Origin: a bacterium
GTDB taxonomy: Bacteria; Bacteroidota; Ignavibacteria; UBA10030
Reading direction: 5' to 3'
NCBI GenBank assembly: GCA_007280275.1
Contig: QYQB01000076.1
Coordinates: 1-53,613, forward strand
DNA: 53,613 bases
Under the pieces are notes generated by a model. It worked only from the letters and a program-made list of their open reading frames with translations. It did not search any database and had not been told where the DNA came from. Positions 36,234 to 45,756 of the stretch are shown piece after piece (within the stretch, counting starts at the first letter, position 1; each line of letters opens with the position of its first letter). Made by a program: the position numbers and the translations under genes.

Positions 36234-37271
36234 TTAGTAAGTAGCCAGGCGCTTCACTGTTTTCACCATCGCTGAGATGTTCTCCTCGGGAGTATCCCTT
36301 GGAACCATTTCGCCGGAACTGAAAATGAATCCTCCCCCCTCCTTGCAGATACCCATAATTCGCTCAACCTCACTCTCAACAACCTCGGGAGTTCCTTTCC
36401 AAAGGACCTTGATCGGATCGATATTGCCGCTAATCGGTACCCGCCCTTTGGATGCTTCGCGAATCTCCCTGATGTCAGCGTCGGGCCCTATGTTCTCGAA
36501 ACTGTAGCCCAGAGGAAAATGGGATCTGACGTGATCCGCATGAATCTCACTATTGTGGAGCCACATCATGATGTCAATGTTGTTCTCGCAATATTCTATC
36601 AGATCTCTTGTCACAGGGAGAATGTGTTCGTTGTACAAATCCACGGAAACCATGGAACTGAAAGCATTGCAGTCGCCAAGCCAGATCGCGTCTGCGCCGG
36701 CGTCCTTCTGTGCCTTGATATATCGCACATAGAAATCCTTCCAGCACTCCATGGCTTCACGCAACAGGTCTTTATCGGTAAGCAGGAGGAGCATTGATTC
36801 TTCGATACTCCACATCAAACCAATCGCACTGAACGGAGCAGCACATGATCCTGTCACCAACACTGTATCTCCGAAGTATGCTTTCAGTTTCTCAAGTGCT
36901 TTCAGTTTTTCAGGCATGCGTCCGCCCCTGCAAGGATCCATGGCGCGTACACGCTCCAGGCTTTCCCTCCCAACCGGCAAGTACTGATAGGTCCCCCGCA
37001 GGATGTTCCCTTCGCCTTTAACACCGACACCGATCGGTTCAAATTCAAAGCAGTCATCAATTTGTACCCAGGCCCAGTCATAATCAAAATGCTCAACTGC
37101 GGCTCTGATGACTTCAAAGATCTTATCCCCATCCTGACAGAACTCCTCGTACGTGTATTTGCCGTACCACTTGACATCAAATTCCTCACTCGCGGCGGTA
37201 CAGGGAACCCTCGATGGCATCTTTCTTCTTCTGATTGCCTGGAAATCGTTGACTGCTCCTCTGTATCCCAT
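36234..37271 (-). CDS. Uroporphyrinogen-decarboxylase (URO-D) family protein, copy 2
   Basis: 345 aa, no leader. The RRRKMPSRVPC N-terminal segment, LVTGSCAAPFS and IWLGDCNAFSSMV resemble the URO-D/MtaA-like family. Only distantly related to copy 1. Confidence 0.55.
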   Translation of the reverse strand: MGYRGAVNDFQAIRRRKMPSRVPCTAASEEFDVKWYGKYTYEEFCQDGDKIFEVIRAAVEHFDYDWAWVQIDDCFEFEPIGVGVKGEGNILRGTYQYLPVGRESLERVRAMDPCRGGRMPEKLKALEKLKAYFGDTVLVTGSCAAPFSAIGLMWSIEESMLLLLTDKDLLREAMECWKDFYVRYIKAQKDAGADAIWLGDCNAFSSMVSVDLYNEHILPVTRDLIEYCENNIDIMMWLHNSEIHADHVRSHFPLGYSFENIGPDADIREIREASKGRVPISGNIDPIKVLWKGTPEVVESEVERIMGICKEGGGFIFSSGEMVPRDTPEENISAMVKTVKRLATY

Positions 37272-37387
37272 GTGATGTCGCTCTCTGTGAGGATATAAAA
37301 TTTCGTGTGAGCATGAAGGCGGCCAACACCTTAAGGGGCCACCTTCATTCGGTAACTTCGTGTTCGCCGGTTCCAGCCCGGCGGTTG

Positions 37388-38515
37388 CTACACCTTCACC
37401 CAGTTCTTCGACTCAACCGCTTTGTAAATTGTCTCAAGGAGATGGTGAAGCTTCAGGGCGTCGTGGAAATTTGGCGAGGGCATTCTGTCATTGACCACAC
37501 AGTCGAGAAAATTGAACTGGGCGGCAACGTGTGACCGAATCCAGCCCATCGAAAATTTGGGAGCCGGCATAATCGCCGGAGCCGGATATTTTTGGGCCGT
37601 ACTGATCGCCTTGTAACCCTGAATCCCCTTTGGTTCGTTCGCATTGTACGCCAGAAGCTCATTTGGCTTCATCAAATTGAAGCCCAGCGCACCATTCTGA
37701 CCGTTGATCTCGAAGCGCATTTCGTCTTCAGCGCCGGTTGCTACGCGCGACATTTCTGCAATCCCGATGCCCCCGTTCTTGAACCTCAAGACCGCCGTGA
37801 TCGCGTCCTCCACGTCCACTTTCCCCATCTTCTTCGGATTCTCCGGCAGCGGACGCTCCTTGAAAAATGTCTCCATCGTTGCGGAAACCATGTCAACATC
37901 TCCTACGAGGTATTGCATGATATCCAGGATGTGCGGACCAAGATCGACGAGAACGCCGCCGCCGATCAATTCCTTGACTAAGCGCCATTCGCGCGGTCGC
38001 TTTGGATCAATGTAGCCTGAATGAAGGTAGAGTCCCCGGAAATGAAATACCCGGCCTACAAAGTCTGCGTTGATCAATTCCTTGGCCTTCATGATCGCTG
38101 GAATGAACCTATATTCCGCTGTAATCTGGTGTTTCAGACCTGATTGGTCGGCAACTGCTACAATTTCCTTAGCTTCTGCCTCACTGAACGCAAGTGGCTT
38201 CTCACAGTATACGTGTTTGCCGTTCTTGAGAGCACCGATCACTTCCTCTTTGTGCATTTTATTGGGTGTACAGATGTTGACGACATCGATGTCGTTGCGT
38301 GCAATGAGCTCCCGATAATCTGTCGTGAATGACTCAAATCCCGCCTGCTCAACCCCCTTCTTCGCTAGGGATTCGTTCGTGTCACATACGCACTTAAGGT
38401 TGATTTTGCACGGATTGCCATCGTAGTAGAGCGGGATGGATCGGTAGGCGTATGAATGGATCCGGCCCATTTGCCCAAACCCGATCATCCCCACCCGGAT
38501 TTCCTTCTGCTTCAT
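37388..38515 (-). CDS. Gfo/Idh/MocA-family NAD(P)-dependent oxidoreductase
   Basis: Rossmann start IRVGMIGFGQMGRIH and the EKPLA motif (VYCEKPLAFS). The ATG at 38515 follows GGAAAGGGA; the track start at 38530 is TTG. Confidence 0.85.
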   Translation of the reverse strand: MKQKEIRVGMIGFGQMGRIHSYAYRSIPLYYDGNPCKINLKCVCDTNESLAKKGVEQAGFESFTTDYRELIARNDIDVVNICTPNKMHKEEVIGALKNGKHVYCEKPLAFSEAEAKEIVAVADQSGLKHQITAEYRFIPAIMKAKELINADFVGRVFHFRGLYLHSGYIDPKRPREWRLVKELIGGGVLVDLGPHILDIMQYLVGDVDMVSATMETFFKERPLPENPKKMGKVDVEDAITAVLRFKNGGIGIAEMSRVATGAEDEMRFEINGQNGALGFNLMKPNELLAYNANEPKGIQGYKAISTAQKYPAPAIMPAPKFSMGWIRSHVAAQFNFLDCVVNDRMPSPNFHDALKLHHLLETIYKAVESKNWVKV

Positions 38516-38587
38516 TGTTTCCCTTTCCAAATGATTGTTCTATGCCGCTTCAGTATAGTGACGCGTTCTCGAAACAACAGCCACGTG

Positions 38588-39412
38588 TTAGAGAGCCTTC
38601 AAGGCCTTCGTGACGCTCTGGCCGTCATGCACGATTGCCGCGAGGGCATGAAGAATCTTGGCAGGGTCTTTATGCTGCCACACGTTCCGTCCAAATACGA
38701 TCCCCTTCGCCCCACGATCTATCGCGTCTTTTACCATCTGCAGCATTTCACGGTCTGAATCCATCTTCGGTCCGCCACGCACCAAGATCGGTACGGACGA
38801 AACCCCGATCAGTTCCTCGAACTGTTTCTTTGTTTCAGGGAAATCGGCCTTGATGAGATCCGCTCCAATTTCTGACGCCATGCGGATAATCAATTTCATG
38901 ATTTCAAAGTCCCGTACAACATTTGCACCCTTCTGAATCGCCAGGGGCTCGACAATGAATGGAATCCCATACTCGCGGCTCTCGGCTCCAATCCGGGCCA
39001 GAGTTTGCATGTTGTCCGCTTCCTGCGCGTCGGTATCATACCCCGCGAAGAGAAACGTTACCACGGCGTCTGCACCGAGCTGCACGGCATCCTTCACCGA
39101 CGCAACATGTGTGTAGTATCCTTCTTTCGGGGTCGGCTTCTTCCGCCAGATATTGGTTGCGTCCAGACGTACGATCACACCCGGCTTATTCTTGCCATAG
39201 AACTTTGACAGGTTAGCGCGTGTCGTGCCGGGGGTCATTTGAATGGCGTCCGGATGTCCGGGGAGAAGCCCGTCGATCGCTTTCGCTGAATTTTCGATTC
39301 CCGGAAGAGGTCCGATGAACAGTCCGTGATCGATCGCAACAACAATGCCGTTGCCTGAAGATGGGTTCAGTATTCTGCTTGTTCGAAGTTGGTTGCCTGC
39401 TAAGGTTGACAT
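38588..39412 (-). CDS. Class I aldolase of the DeoC/FbaB(DhnA)/LacD superfamily
   Basis: VVAIDHG..., ADAVVTFLFAGY, ADLIKADFP (Schiff-base lysine context), ILVRGGPK, GIVFGRNVWQH. No Shine-Dalgarno site; preceded by the A/C-rich leader. Confidence 0.75.
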   Translation of the reverse strand: MSTLAGNQLRTSRILNPSSGNGIVVAIDHGLFIGPLPGIENSAKAIDGLLPGHPDAIQMTPGTTRANLSKFYGKNKPGVIVRLDATNIWRKKPTPKEGYYTHVASVKDAVQLGADAVVTFLFAGYDTDAQEADNMQTLARIGAESREYGIPFIVEPLAIQKGANVVRDFEIMKLIIRMASEIGADLIKADFPETKKQFEELIGVSSVPILVRGGPKMDSDREMLQMVKDAIDRGAKGIVFGRNVWQHKDPAKILHALAAIVHDGQSVTKALKAL

Positions 39413-39514
39413 AGTTGGTTTTTCAGTTTTGAGTTGTGAGTGTGAGTTTGGAGTTTCAGGTTTTGAGTTTTGAGTTCTTAAGCTAACAGCTAAACGCTAA
39501 CAGCCCGAATTCTC
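39413..39514 (-). promoter_or_regulatory. A/C-rich, G-poor repeat leader plus tandem GCTGTTAGC motifs upstream of the aldolase gene
   Basis: Minus strand reads gctgttagc-gttta-gctgttagc-ttaagaactcaaaactcaaaacctgaaactccaaactcacactcacaactcaaaactgaaaaaccaact-ATG. Only 3 G occur in the last ~68 nt, and ACTCA/CTCAAAAC units repeat. Confidence 0.5.
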
Positions 39515-40771
39515 TTATCGTTTGATATCCTTCTGCAATTCGAAAGAATCGTACAGAGTGCCGGTCACGGTGTAGGACTTGTAGATGAGCTTACCTTCCT
39601 GGAACGAGATCACCTGGAAGAGCTGATGCTCTTTCCCGGTCTTCTGCATCAGATAATCATATTTCGGATTGTGGTCATATCCCCTCGGGCCGCATACGGA
39701 TACGACGTAGACGGTTCCTTGTTCCTGGTCGCCGACGACCTTTCCGTTTTTCAGACTCTTGCTTCTCGCGTAGCCATGATCGTGGCCGGTGAGGACGAGG
39801 TCGACGGAATACTTGTCGAACAAGGCCATGAAGGCATTCCGTGTGTTATGTTCATCCCGACCTTTTGCTATCGAGAAAACCGGTTCATGCATTGCGGCAA
39901 CCGTCCATTTGTTCGGATTGGCAGCAAGCACCTTGTCAAGCCACTCCGTTTGTTCCTTCAAGCCCATTTGGGCATCGAGCACGACAAATCGAACGCCCTG
40001 ATAATCGAGATAGTAGACCCTTCCTTCCAGTCCCTTTGGCCCGTTCTGGGGAAAAGTAAAATGCGCCTTCCAGGTTGGGGAGAACATATCCCAACGCACC
40101 ACGCCCTTTGTTTTCAATGCATACTCATGACTACCGGGCGCCACGATGCTCGGAATAATCGAATGAATGAATCCAGTAGCATAGAACCATTCCACCCAAT
40201 TTCTGTCATACTGCGGAAGATCGAACAGATCTCCGGTGAACAGCCAGAACTTTGCCGTGGGAGCCGTCAGGAGAGCTTCCCTGAACACCCGGGAGATCAT
40301 GTCTTTCACTTCGTACTGAGGATCGCCGAGGAAAACAAAACTAAAAGGTGCATCACCTTCTTTTGCAGTGGTAAACTGATTCCATTCACTCCACGCTGAA
40401 TCCCCTCCGACCCGGTATGCATACAGTGTGTTGGCCTTCAAGCCGCTCATGATCGACGAGTGCGAGTACACTATTGCGCGCGTATCCAGCTCGAATTTCT
40501 CGGACGTGGCGCTCCCGTTCACCGCACCCTTTTGAAAGCCGTCCCAGTCACCTGCTGGCGCAACCTGAACAACCGGATTCTTCACTTCCCCCTCCGTTCG
40601 CCATGTTACCGCCATGCTGCTCGAAGGGGTAGTCGTAAGATTGAGCACGATCCGCTGCGGAATGAGTGTCTGTCGTTGAGGTTGTCCGTTCGAGACACTC
40701 AGGCAGAACATCAGTCCGATGATGAACCCGGAAAGTAATCTCTTCAATCTTCTCTCCCGTGTGCTTTTCAA
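39515..40771 (-). CDS. Purple-acid-phosphatase-like metallophosphoesterase, exported
   Basis: SSMAVTWRTEG...TLYAYRVGG N-domain, then FVFLGDPQ, FTGDLFD, APGSHEY, AMHEPVF, LTGHDHGYARS. The TTG at 40771 is preceded by AAGGAG plus 5 nt and lies 19 nt after the upstream TAG. The longer track ORF (to 40888) would overlap the upstream gene. Confidence 0.8.
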   Translation of the reverse strand: MKSTRERRLKRLLSGFIIGLMFCLSVSNGQPQRQTLIPQRIVLNLTTTPSSSMAVTWRTEGEVKNPVVQVAPAGDWDGFQKGAVNGSATSEKFELDTRAIVYSHSSIMSGLKANTLYAYRVGGDSAWSEWNQFTTAKEGDAPFSFVFLGDPQYEVKDMISRVFREALLTAPTAKFWLFTGDLFDLPQYDRNWVEWFYATGFIHSIIPSIVAPGSHEYALKTKGVVRWDMFSPTWKAHFTFPQNGPKGLEGRVYYLDYQGVRFVVLDAQMGLKEQTEWLDKVLAANPNKWTVAAMHEPVFSIAKGRDEHNTRNAFMALFDKYSVDLVLTGHDHGYARSKSLKNGKVVGDQEQGTVYVVSVCGPRGYDHNPKYDYLMQKTGKEHQLFQVISFQEGKLIYKSYTVTGTLYDSFELQKDIKR

Positions 40772-40790
40772 TGTGGCTCCTTCGTGAATT

Positions 40791-41561
40791 CTAGACTCTG
40801 AAAACAAGGCTGCCCAATTCCCGCTCCAGGATGTTGTCTTGTGGGAACGCGTGCCCCAGGTGCTGACGGAACCCCTCACCGAACGCAACGCCGACTTCTT
40901 TCCCCCGTTTGGCCGAGAGCTGCTTCAACGAAGAATTGATATAGTCATCAACTTCGTGATGTGCCTGCAGCCAGCTTTGCTGGCTGGCGTGGCACCTGAA
41001 CATCTTTTCCTTCAAAGTCATCTTGCTGCTTATGTTCACAATCGTGGAAGCCTTGACCGCATCGCCGAGTATATCCTTCCCCTCAATAGGATCGACGTAG
41101 TAAAGGGCAGGGATCTTCAGGAACGGCCCGGTCCCCTCCGTTTCGATGTTCTTGATCCCGGCAGAAAAGCATGCAGTGCGGACCACTGCGCTCGTCATTT
41201 CGTGGTCGACCATATAGTCCTGCGGACTCATCGTCATCACGATTCCCGGTCGGACCTCCCTGATCAACCGGATAACCTTCAACAACGTAGGGCGGTCGTA
41301 CGTCACGAAGATGTCGTCGCACTCCATGCAATGGTACTTGCCATCCAGTATTTTCGCAGAGGCCGCGGCCTCTCCCTTACGGATTGTGCTGATCTCTGCT
41401 CTCGGGAGGCTCGTGGAGCCGCAATCCCCCGGGGTCATGGTAGCGAATTCGATCCGCCAGTCTTGTTCGTGCAGCAAGGCCAGGGTCCCGGCGCACAGGA
41501 TCTCGATGTCATCAGGATGCGCACCAATTGCCAAAACAGTTTTGGATTGTTCTATACCCAC
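40791..41561 (-). CDS. PIG-L/LmbE-family deacetylase, leaderless (cytoplasmic type)
   Basis: Canonical VLAIGAHPDDIEILCAGTL motif at the very N-terminus. 256 aa, GTG start. Confidence 0.8.
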   Translation of the reverse strand: MGIEQSKTVLAIGAHPDDIEILCAGTLALLHEQDWRIEFATMTPGDCGSTSLPRAEISTIRKGEAAASAKILDGKYHCMECDDIFVTYDRPTLLKVIRLIREVRPGIVMTMSPQDYMVDHEMTSAVVRTACFSAGIKNIETEGTGPFLKIPALYYVDPIEGKDILGDAVKASTIVNISSKMTLKEKMFRCHASQQSWLQAHHEVDDYINSSLKQLSAKRGKEVGVAFGEGFRQHLGHAFPQDNILERELGSLVFRV

Positions 41562-41659
41562 GATGATTTCTTCCTCAGTACTCTGTGTGTTCGGTCAGTC
41601 CAGCGAATGAACTACTTCCTCTCGCTCAACGAGGTAACAATTGATGCGATTGCAGAACA

Positions 41660-43603
41660 CTATTTTACTTCAAACTCACGCACGATGGTCTTCATCCCGG
41701 TCCCCTTTTTTGCAGTCACCTTCAACGTTGTTCTGTTTGGATCCAGGGAAATGACGTTTCTGAATTGACCATCAGTACCGACCTTCACGGGTTTGTCGTT
41801 GATTGAAATTTCTGTTCCCGATTCAGTCCAGCCGTTGATTTCAAGGAGAATCTGGCCAAAGACGATTCTTGTGTTTGCCATTGGATTCGACTGAACATAC
41901 AGCATCGGGCTTTTGCGGAGATCGAAGATCTCCTTAAGTACTTCACGCTTTGCGCCGTAAAGAACGTCTGGATCACGCGAAAACTCGGTTGTGGCCTTCA
42001 TGACCTTCGAAGCGATTTCCTGCCCCCGTTGCTCAGGCTTCATCCAGAATGCCGTGGGTCCCATCTCTTTCTTAAGTTGTATCATCTCCTGCTCGAGGAG
42101 CCAGAAATATTCATAGTCCGATAATGAGTTTCGCTCCTGTTCCAACCGGATGGAGTTGAGGATACCGTCCCTCTTCGGATAGACAAGGCAGTCTGAGCCA
42201 ATCCCATGCTGAGTCAGTCCCAGCTGCGTATACGGATCATCCGAGGCCCACTGATTGTAGCCCCAATGCAAATACCCTGTGATGCCGAACCTGTAGTTCA
42301 ACCAGTGAAGAAGTCTGGTCTCAATCAGCGGCGAGTCGATAAACCGATTTGGGTACGTTGTCGTTGACATAGCCATGTAGTACCACAACTCATTTCCTTC
42401 GGCCTGTCTCTTCTTGTAGATCTCCCACCAGTTGGTCAATTCATCCAATTTCGGGACCCACACCTCAAGCCTGTCGTCAAAGTACGTTCCCTCGATCGCA
42501 TCGATTCGCCTGACCGATGGCGCATAGGTATGCACGAAATCAGAAGCTTCGCGCCACGAGAGCACATTGTGATTGCATGGTTCATCGGAGATATGGAACA
42601 GGGTCTTCTCCAGCCACCCTTTTTCCTTCAGGTGTTTCTCGAACGCAGGGAGGAACTGCGGCAGAAATGCATCTCCTTTCATCTTGATGGACTTCCCCGT
42701 CACCTGATCCAGCACTTCACGTTCTTTCAGAACGATCTTTGTGTCCTCCCAATCGCCTGTTTCGAACTCTGCGATAAAGCCGGTTTCGATGCGGGACATT
42801 GCCCCCGTCTTTTCAAAGATCGTGACCCAGCGATCGAAATTCGTGAAATCAAAATGCAGGCTCTTCTCCCGATCCAGCTCGGCTGCAATGGAGTAGAGTT
42901 CCACGCGGAAGACATTCTGGCGATGGGAAGCCATGTTCTTGGCGTAGATTTCGATCAGCTTGAAGAATTGTTCATCGAAGGGTTTTTGAAAATCGTGATA
43001 CTTCTTGTTCATCTGATACCAGTTGGTGGTATACAGATTCGATTTCGCCGGCATCGTGAGCGGATAGACAGTCAGCTGCATATCCAGGAATTTGCTCCCT
43101 TTGTCGGTTTCGATTGTGAGCGTCCCTGTGTACTTTCCGGGAGCAGCATCTTTTGGGATGTCGATTGTCAGCCAGACGGACTGGAATTTGTCTTTCGGCA
43201 CGGCGATGCTTCGGTCTTCAGAAAGATAGTCCGGGAACAAACCAGGAGCTTTCCGGATCAGCGACTCCCCGCGGGAGATGTCGGTATTTACCTTCATCGG
43301 GACGCTTCTGACAAAATTGTAACGTATCTGCGCGGGAGGAATAGACCTATGCGACTCCAGGTTGACGAGCGTTACGGGCAGGACATGAACGGCGCCAAGA
43401 TCCGCATCGCCATGAATGACTGCCTGGGCGGAGAGCGTTTCACCTCTGATTCCAAATATGTCGATGTTCTTAACTTTTGGAGGAAGCTTGTATCCATCTT
43501 CGAACACTTTCACGACGTCACTGACACAGAACAGGTCAAAGGGGACGGTCTGCGCCTGAAGTGAAGCGCTCAAGAACAGGAGAGCAAGTAGTTTGGTTTT
43601 CAT
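41660..43603 (-). CDS. DUF4091 / GH123-like putative beta-N-acetylgalactosaminidase-type glycosidase, exported
   Basis: Signal peptide MKTKLLALLFLSASLQAQ. N-terminal beta-sandwich-like region, then a barrel-like region with FHISDEP (adjacent Asp-Glu, as in substrate-assisted HexNAc-ases). Family call is from memory of DUF4091 proteins, so moderate. The start overlaps the upstream stop (ATGA). Confidence 0.5.
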   Translation of the reverse strand: MKTKLLALLFLSASLQAQTVPFDLFCVSDVVKVFEDGYKLPPKVKNIDIFGIRGETLSAQAVIHGDADLGAVHVLPVTLVNLESHRSIPPAQIRYNFVRSVPMKVNTDISRGESLIRKAPGLFPDYLSEDRSIAVPKDKFQSVWLTIDIPKDAAPGKYTGTLTIETDKGSKFLDMQLTVYPLTMPAKSNLYTTNWYQMNKKYHDFQKPFDEQFFKLIEIYAKNMASHRQNVFRVELYSIAAELDREKSLHFDFTNFDRWVTIFEKTGAMSRIETGFIAEFETGDWEDTKIVLKEREVLDQVTGKSIKMKGDAFLPQFLPAFEKHLKEKGWLEKTLFHISDEPCNHNVLSWREASDFVHTYAPSVRRIDAIEGTYFDDRLEVWVPKLDELTNWWEIYKKRQAEGNELWYYMAMSTTTYPNRFIDSPLIETRLLHWLNYRFGITGYLHWGYNQWASDDPYTQLGLTQHGIGSDCLVYPKRDGILNSIRLEQERNSLSDYEYFWLLEQEMIQLKKEMGPTAFWMKPEQRGQEIASKVMKATTEFSRDPDVLYGAKREVLKEIFDLRKSPMLYVQSNPMANTRIVFGQILLEINGWTESGTEISINDKPVKVGTDGQFRNVISLDPNRTTLKVTAKKGTGMKTIVREFEVK

Positions 43604-45510
43604 CAGTCGGTCTTCTTGATGTTTTGATACCGCAAGTAGACTTTCGCTATTTTTAGATGCGAAGCGGGATTGGCAGCGCTTACTTCAAAGTGCACCTTCG
43701 TGTCGTTCTCGTACTCCTTGACCAATGATATGGGAGCCCATCCCCATGCGCCCCAGCTGACGGTAAATTCCTGCGTGTTCCCTTCATACTTCAATAGAAG
43801 TTTTTCAGGCATTGGTGAGTCGTTCAAGACAAGCAAACAGAGTTGAAGCGGTCCCCTCTTTGTAATGCCAAGATCGACCACAAGAGGTTTGCTTCTCAGA
43901 TCATGGGCTGTGAATCCCTGGATTTTCTCGCCCTGACCAACCGAGACCTTGGAGTCGGTGTCGAAATCGTCAAAGGTTTGAAGATCAGGAAGAGCCGGGA
44001 CTTGCACCAGTTCGCGTTGATCCGGCTGCAGGACATTGTTCGAGCATGTGAGCTTCACACACGTACCTTCCTCCGCTTCCACAAGTGCCTTCGTCACACC
44101 AACCGATCGACAGAACGCCGCGACAACGTTCGTTGAATTGCGGACATGGACAAGCGGTGCCGCGGCATTCCTGACTTCCCCGCGGACGAGGAGCAGGTCA
44201 GCATCCTTGACCCTGTCCAGGACAAGCGGCGCCCTTTTTTCATTCTCGACCGAATACATGGCAAGATTGTTGAGACGGAGTCCTTCAACGTTCCGGCAAT
44301 AAATACCGTACGCCGGAAGGTTTTTGAACATTCTTGCATACGGGTAGAGAAACTCTTCAAACGGGACCTTGTTGTACGGGAGCGGATTTTCGGTCTCGCT
44401 GTTGCGGACAGTATAATTGCTGATGGTTACGTTCTCGATTTTCTTCCCATGCATACCCATGATGCTGGACGGATACTTGGCATTCAGGACGGAAATGTTG
44501 CTCAGTGTAATGTCCTTTACATCATCGACTCTTGAGACATACTGCGCCGCCTTGTAGGGTCGCGCCCGGACTCCTATGCGAATGAAGAATGGAGTTGCGA
44601 CATTGACCATGGTGATGTTGTCGACCACGATGTTCTGCATCATGCCGCCATCGACTGTCATGAGCTCAATCCCCGCGTGATGCGGAAGATCTCTGATCGT
44701 GCAATTGCTGACGGTGATGTTCCGGAATCCGCCATTTGATTCGGTCCCGGTCTTTATGGCTGATGCTCTGGTTCTGATCACACAATTTGTAATAGCGATA
44801 TCTTCGCATATGACATCGCTTGAGGCTTTCATCACGATTGCATCATCGCCTGTCAAGAATCGGGAATTGGCTACGGTAACCCTTTGGCAACAATCGATGT
44901 CGAGGCCATCCCTGTTGGAGTCGACTCCATTTTCAATCACAATGCCATCGACGTTGACATCCCGGCAGCCGAGGAGGTGGAGGGTCCAGTTTGCAGCTTC
45001 CACAAGATGCACATCGCGGATGATCACGTTATCACAGTTGACCAATCGCATGAGAAATGGCCTCATGTTCTGAGGATTCCCCTTCTGAAAATTCTTCAGC
45101 CCGTTTCCATTGATAGTCCCACCACCGGTAACCGAAATGTTCCTGGCCCCTTCGGAAAACACCATGAAATACTTCGCATAGAGCAGGTTGGTTCGTGATT
45201 CGTATTTCTGAGTTATCTCGGTGTAGTCTGTGCTGTTCGGACTGCCGATCAGTTCCGCGCCAAGCTGCAGATGCAAATCGATGTTGTCCTTCAGCATCAG
45301 GGTTCCAATCTTGTATTTGCCCGGGGGAACGGTGACCACGCCTCCCCCGTTCTCATACGCCTTATCAATTGCGCGCTGGATGAAGGCTGTTTCGAGTGCG
45401 ATCCCGTCTCCCTTTGCACCCATGGTTTTCACGTCAAACTGCGACTGAGCGTTGGTCACACTCGGACAGAGCACCAACACCGCAGCAATCAGGGCCCGCA
45501 TCGTTTTCAT
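43603..45510 (-). CDS. GH28-family polygalacturonase-like glycosidase, exported
   Basis: FDVKTMGAKGDGIALETAFIQRAID..GGGVVTVPPGKY start, then NRDGLDIDCC and TGDDAIVMKAS (GH28 catalytic Asp motifs). Beta-helix repeats plus a ~200-aa C-terminal extension. Confidence 0.8.
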   Translation of the reverse strand: MKTMRALIAAVLVLCPSVTNAQSQFDVKTMGAKGDGIALETAFIQRAIDKAYENGGGVVTVPPGKYKIGTLMLKDNIDLHLQLGAELIGSPNSTDYTEITQKYESRTNLLYAKYFMVFSEGARNISVTGGGTINGNGLKNFQKGNPQNMRPFLMRLVNCDNVIIRDVHLVEAANWTLHLLGCRDVNVDGIVIENGVDSNRDGLDIDCCQRVTVANSRFLTGDDAIVMKASSDVICEDIAITNCVIRTRASAIKTGTESNGGFRNITVSNCTIRDLPHHAGIELMTVDGGMMQNIVVDNITMVNVATPFFIRIGVRARPYKAAQYVSRVDDVKDITLSNISVLNAKYPSSIMGMHGKKIENVTISNYTVRNSETENPLPYNKVPFEEFLYPYARMFKNLPAYGIYCRNVEGLRLNNLAMYSVENEKRAPLVLDRVKDADLLLVRGEVRNAAAPLVHVRNSTNVVAAFCRSVGVTKALVEAEEGTCVKLTCSNNVLQPDQRELVQVPALPDLQTFDDFDTDSKVSVGQGEKIQGFTAHDLRSKPLVVDLGITKRGPLQLCLLVLNDSPMPEKLLLKYEGNTQEFTVSWGAWGWAPISLVKEYENDTKVHFEVSAANPASHLKIAKVYLRYQNIKKTD

Positions 45511-45577
45511 AGACTCTGCTCCAACCTATTGAAATTACATTCCGTGTGCCGGACCATCGTTTACACCCCTCAACGTC

Positions 45578-45736
45578 AAGGGGCTGCCCCAAGAGTACTT
45601 CCGACCATCGATCTCTCCCCGGATTTCACCCACCATCGACGATGTTCGATACCCGTCCTGGTCGAAACGGCATTCCCGCGAACCCGCATGCACAGACAAC
45701 GGCGGGAAAGTCGACTAACGCTTGGGACAGCCCCTC
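45578..45736 (-). promoter_or_regulatory. Pair of 16-bp near-identical palindromes, or a 15-bp long-range RNA helix, in the 245-nt spacer upstream of the GH28 gene
   Basis: AAGGGGCTGCCCCAAG (45578-45593) and CTTGGGACAGCCCCTC (45721-45736) are reverse complements at 14 of 16 positions. In the minus-strand transcript the internal mismatch becomes a G-U pair. The 127 nt between them contain further local stems (ttcccgc/gcgggaa, ttcga/tcgaa, tcgat/atcga). Confidence 0.45.
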
Positions 45737-45756
45737 GGTACATCAGAGAATGGGTC

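Noticed and set aside
39420-39480. Short tandem repeats (gagtt/ttttgagtt units) as a possible CRISPR or VNTR
   Set aside because: The units are 5-10 nt, imperfect and contiguous with no spacers, and no cas genes are present. This is better explained as a low-complexity A/C-rich leader on the coding strand.
45600-45660. Cobalamin-riboswitch-like string (minus strand ggtgggtgaaatccgggg)
   Set aside because: It resembles only the GGTG..AA.TCC segment. No B12 box (…AGYCMGGAGACCKGCC-like…) or GCCACTG element is present, and the downstream gene (GH28) has no B12 link.
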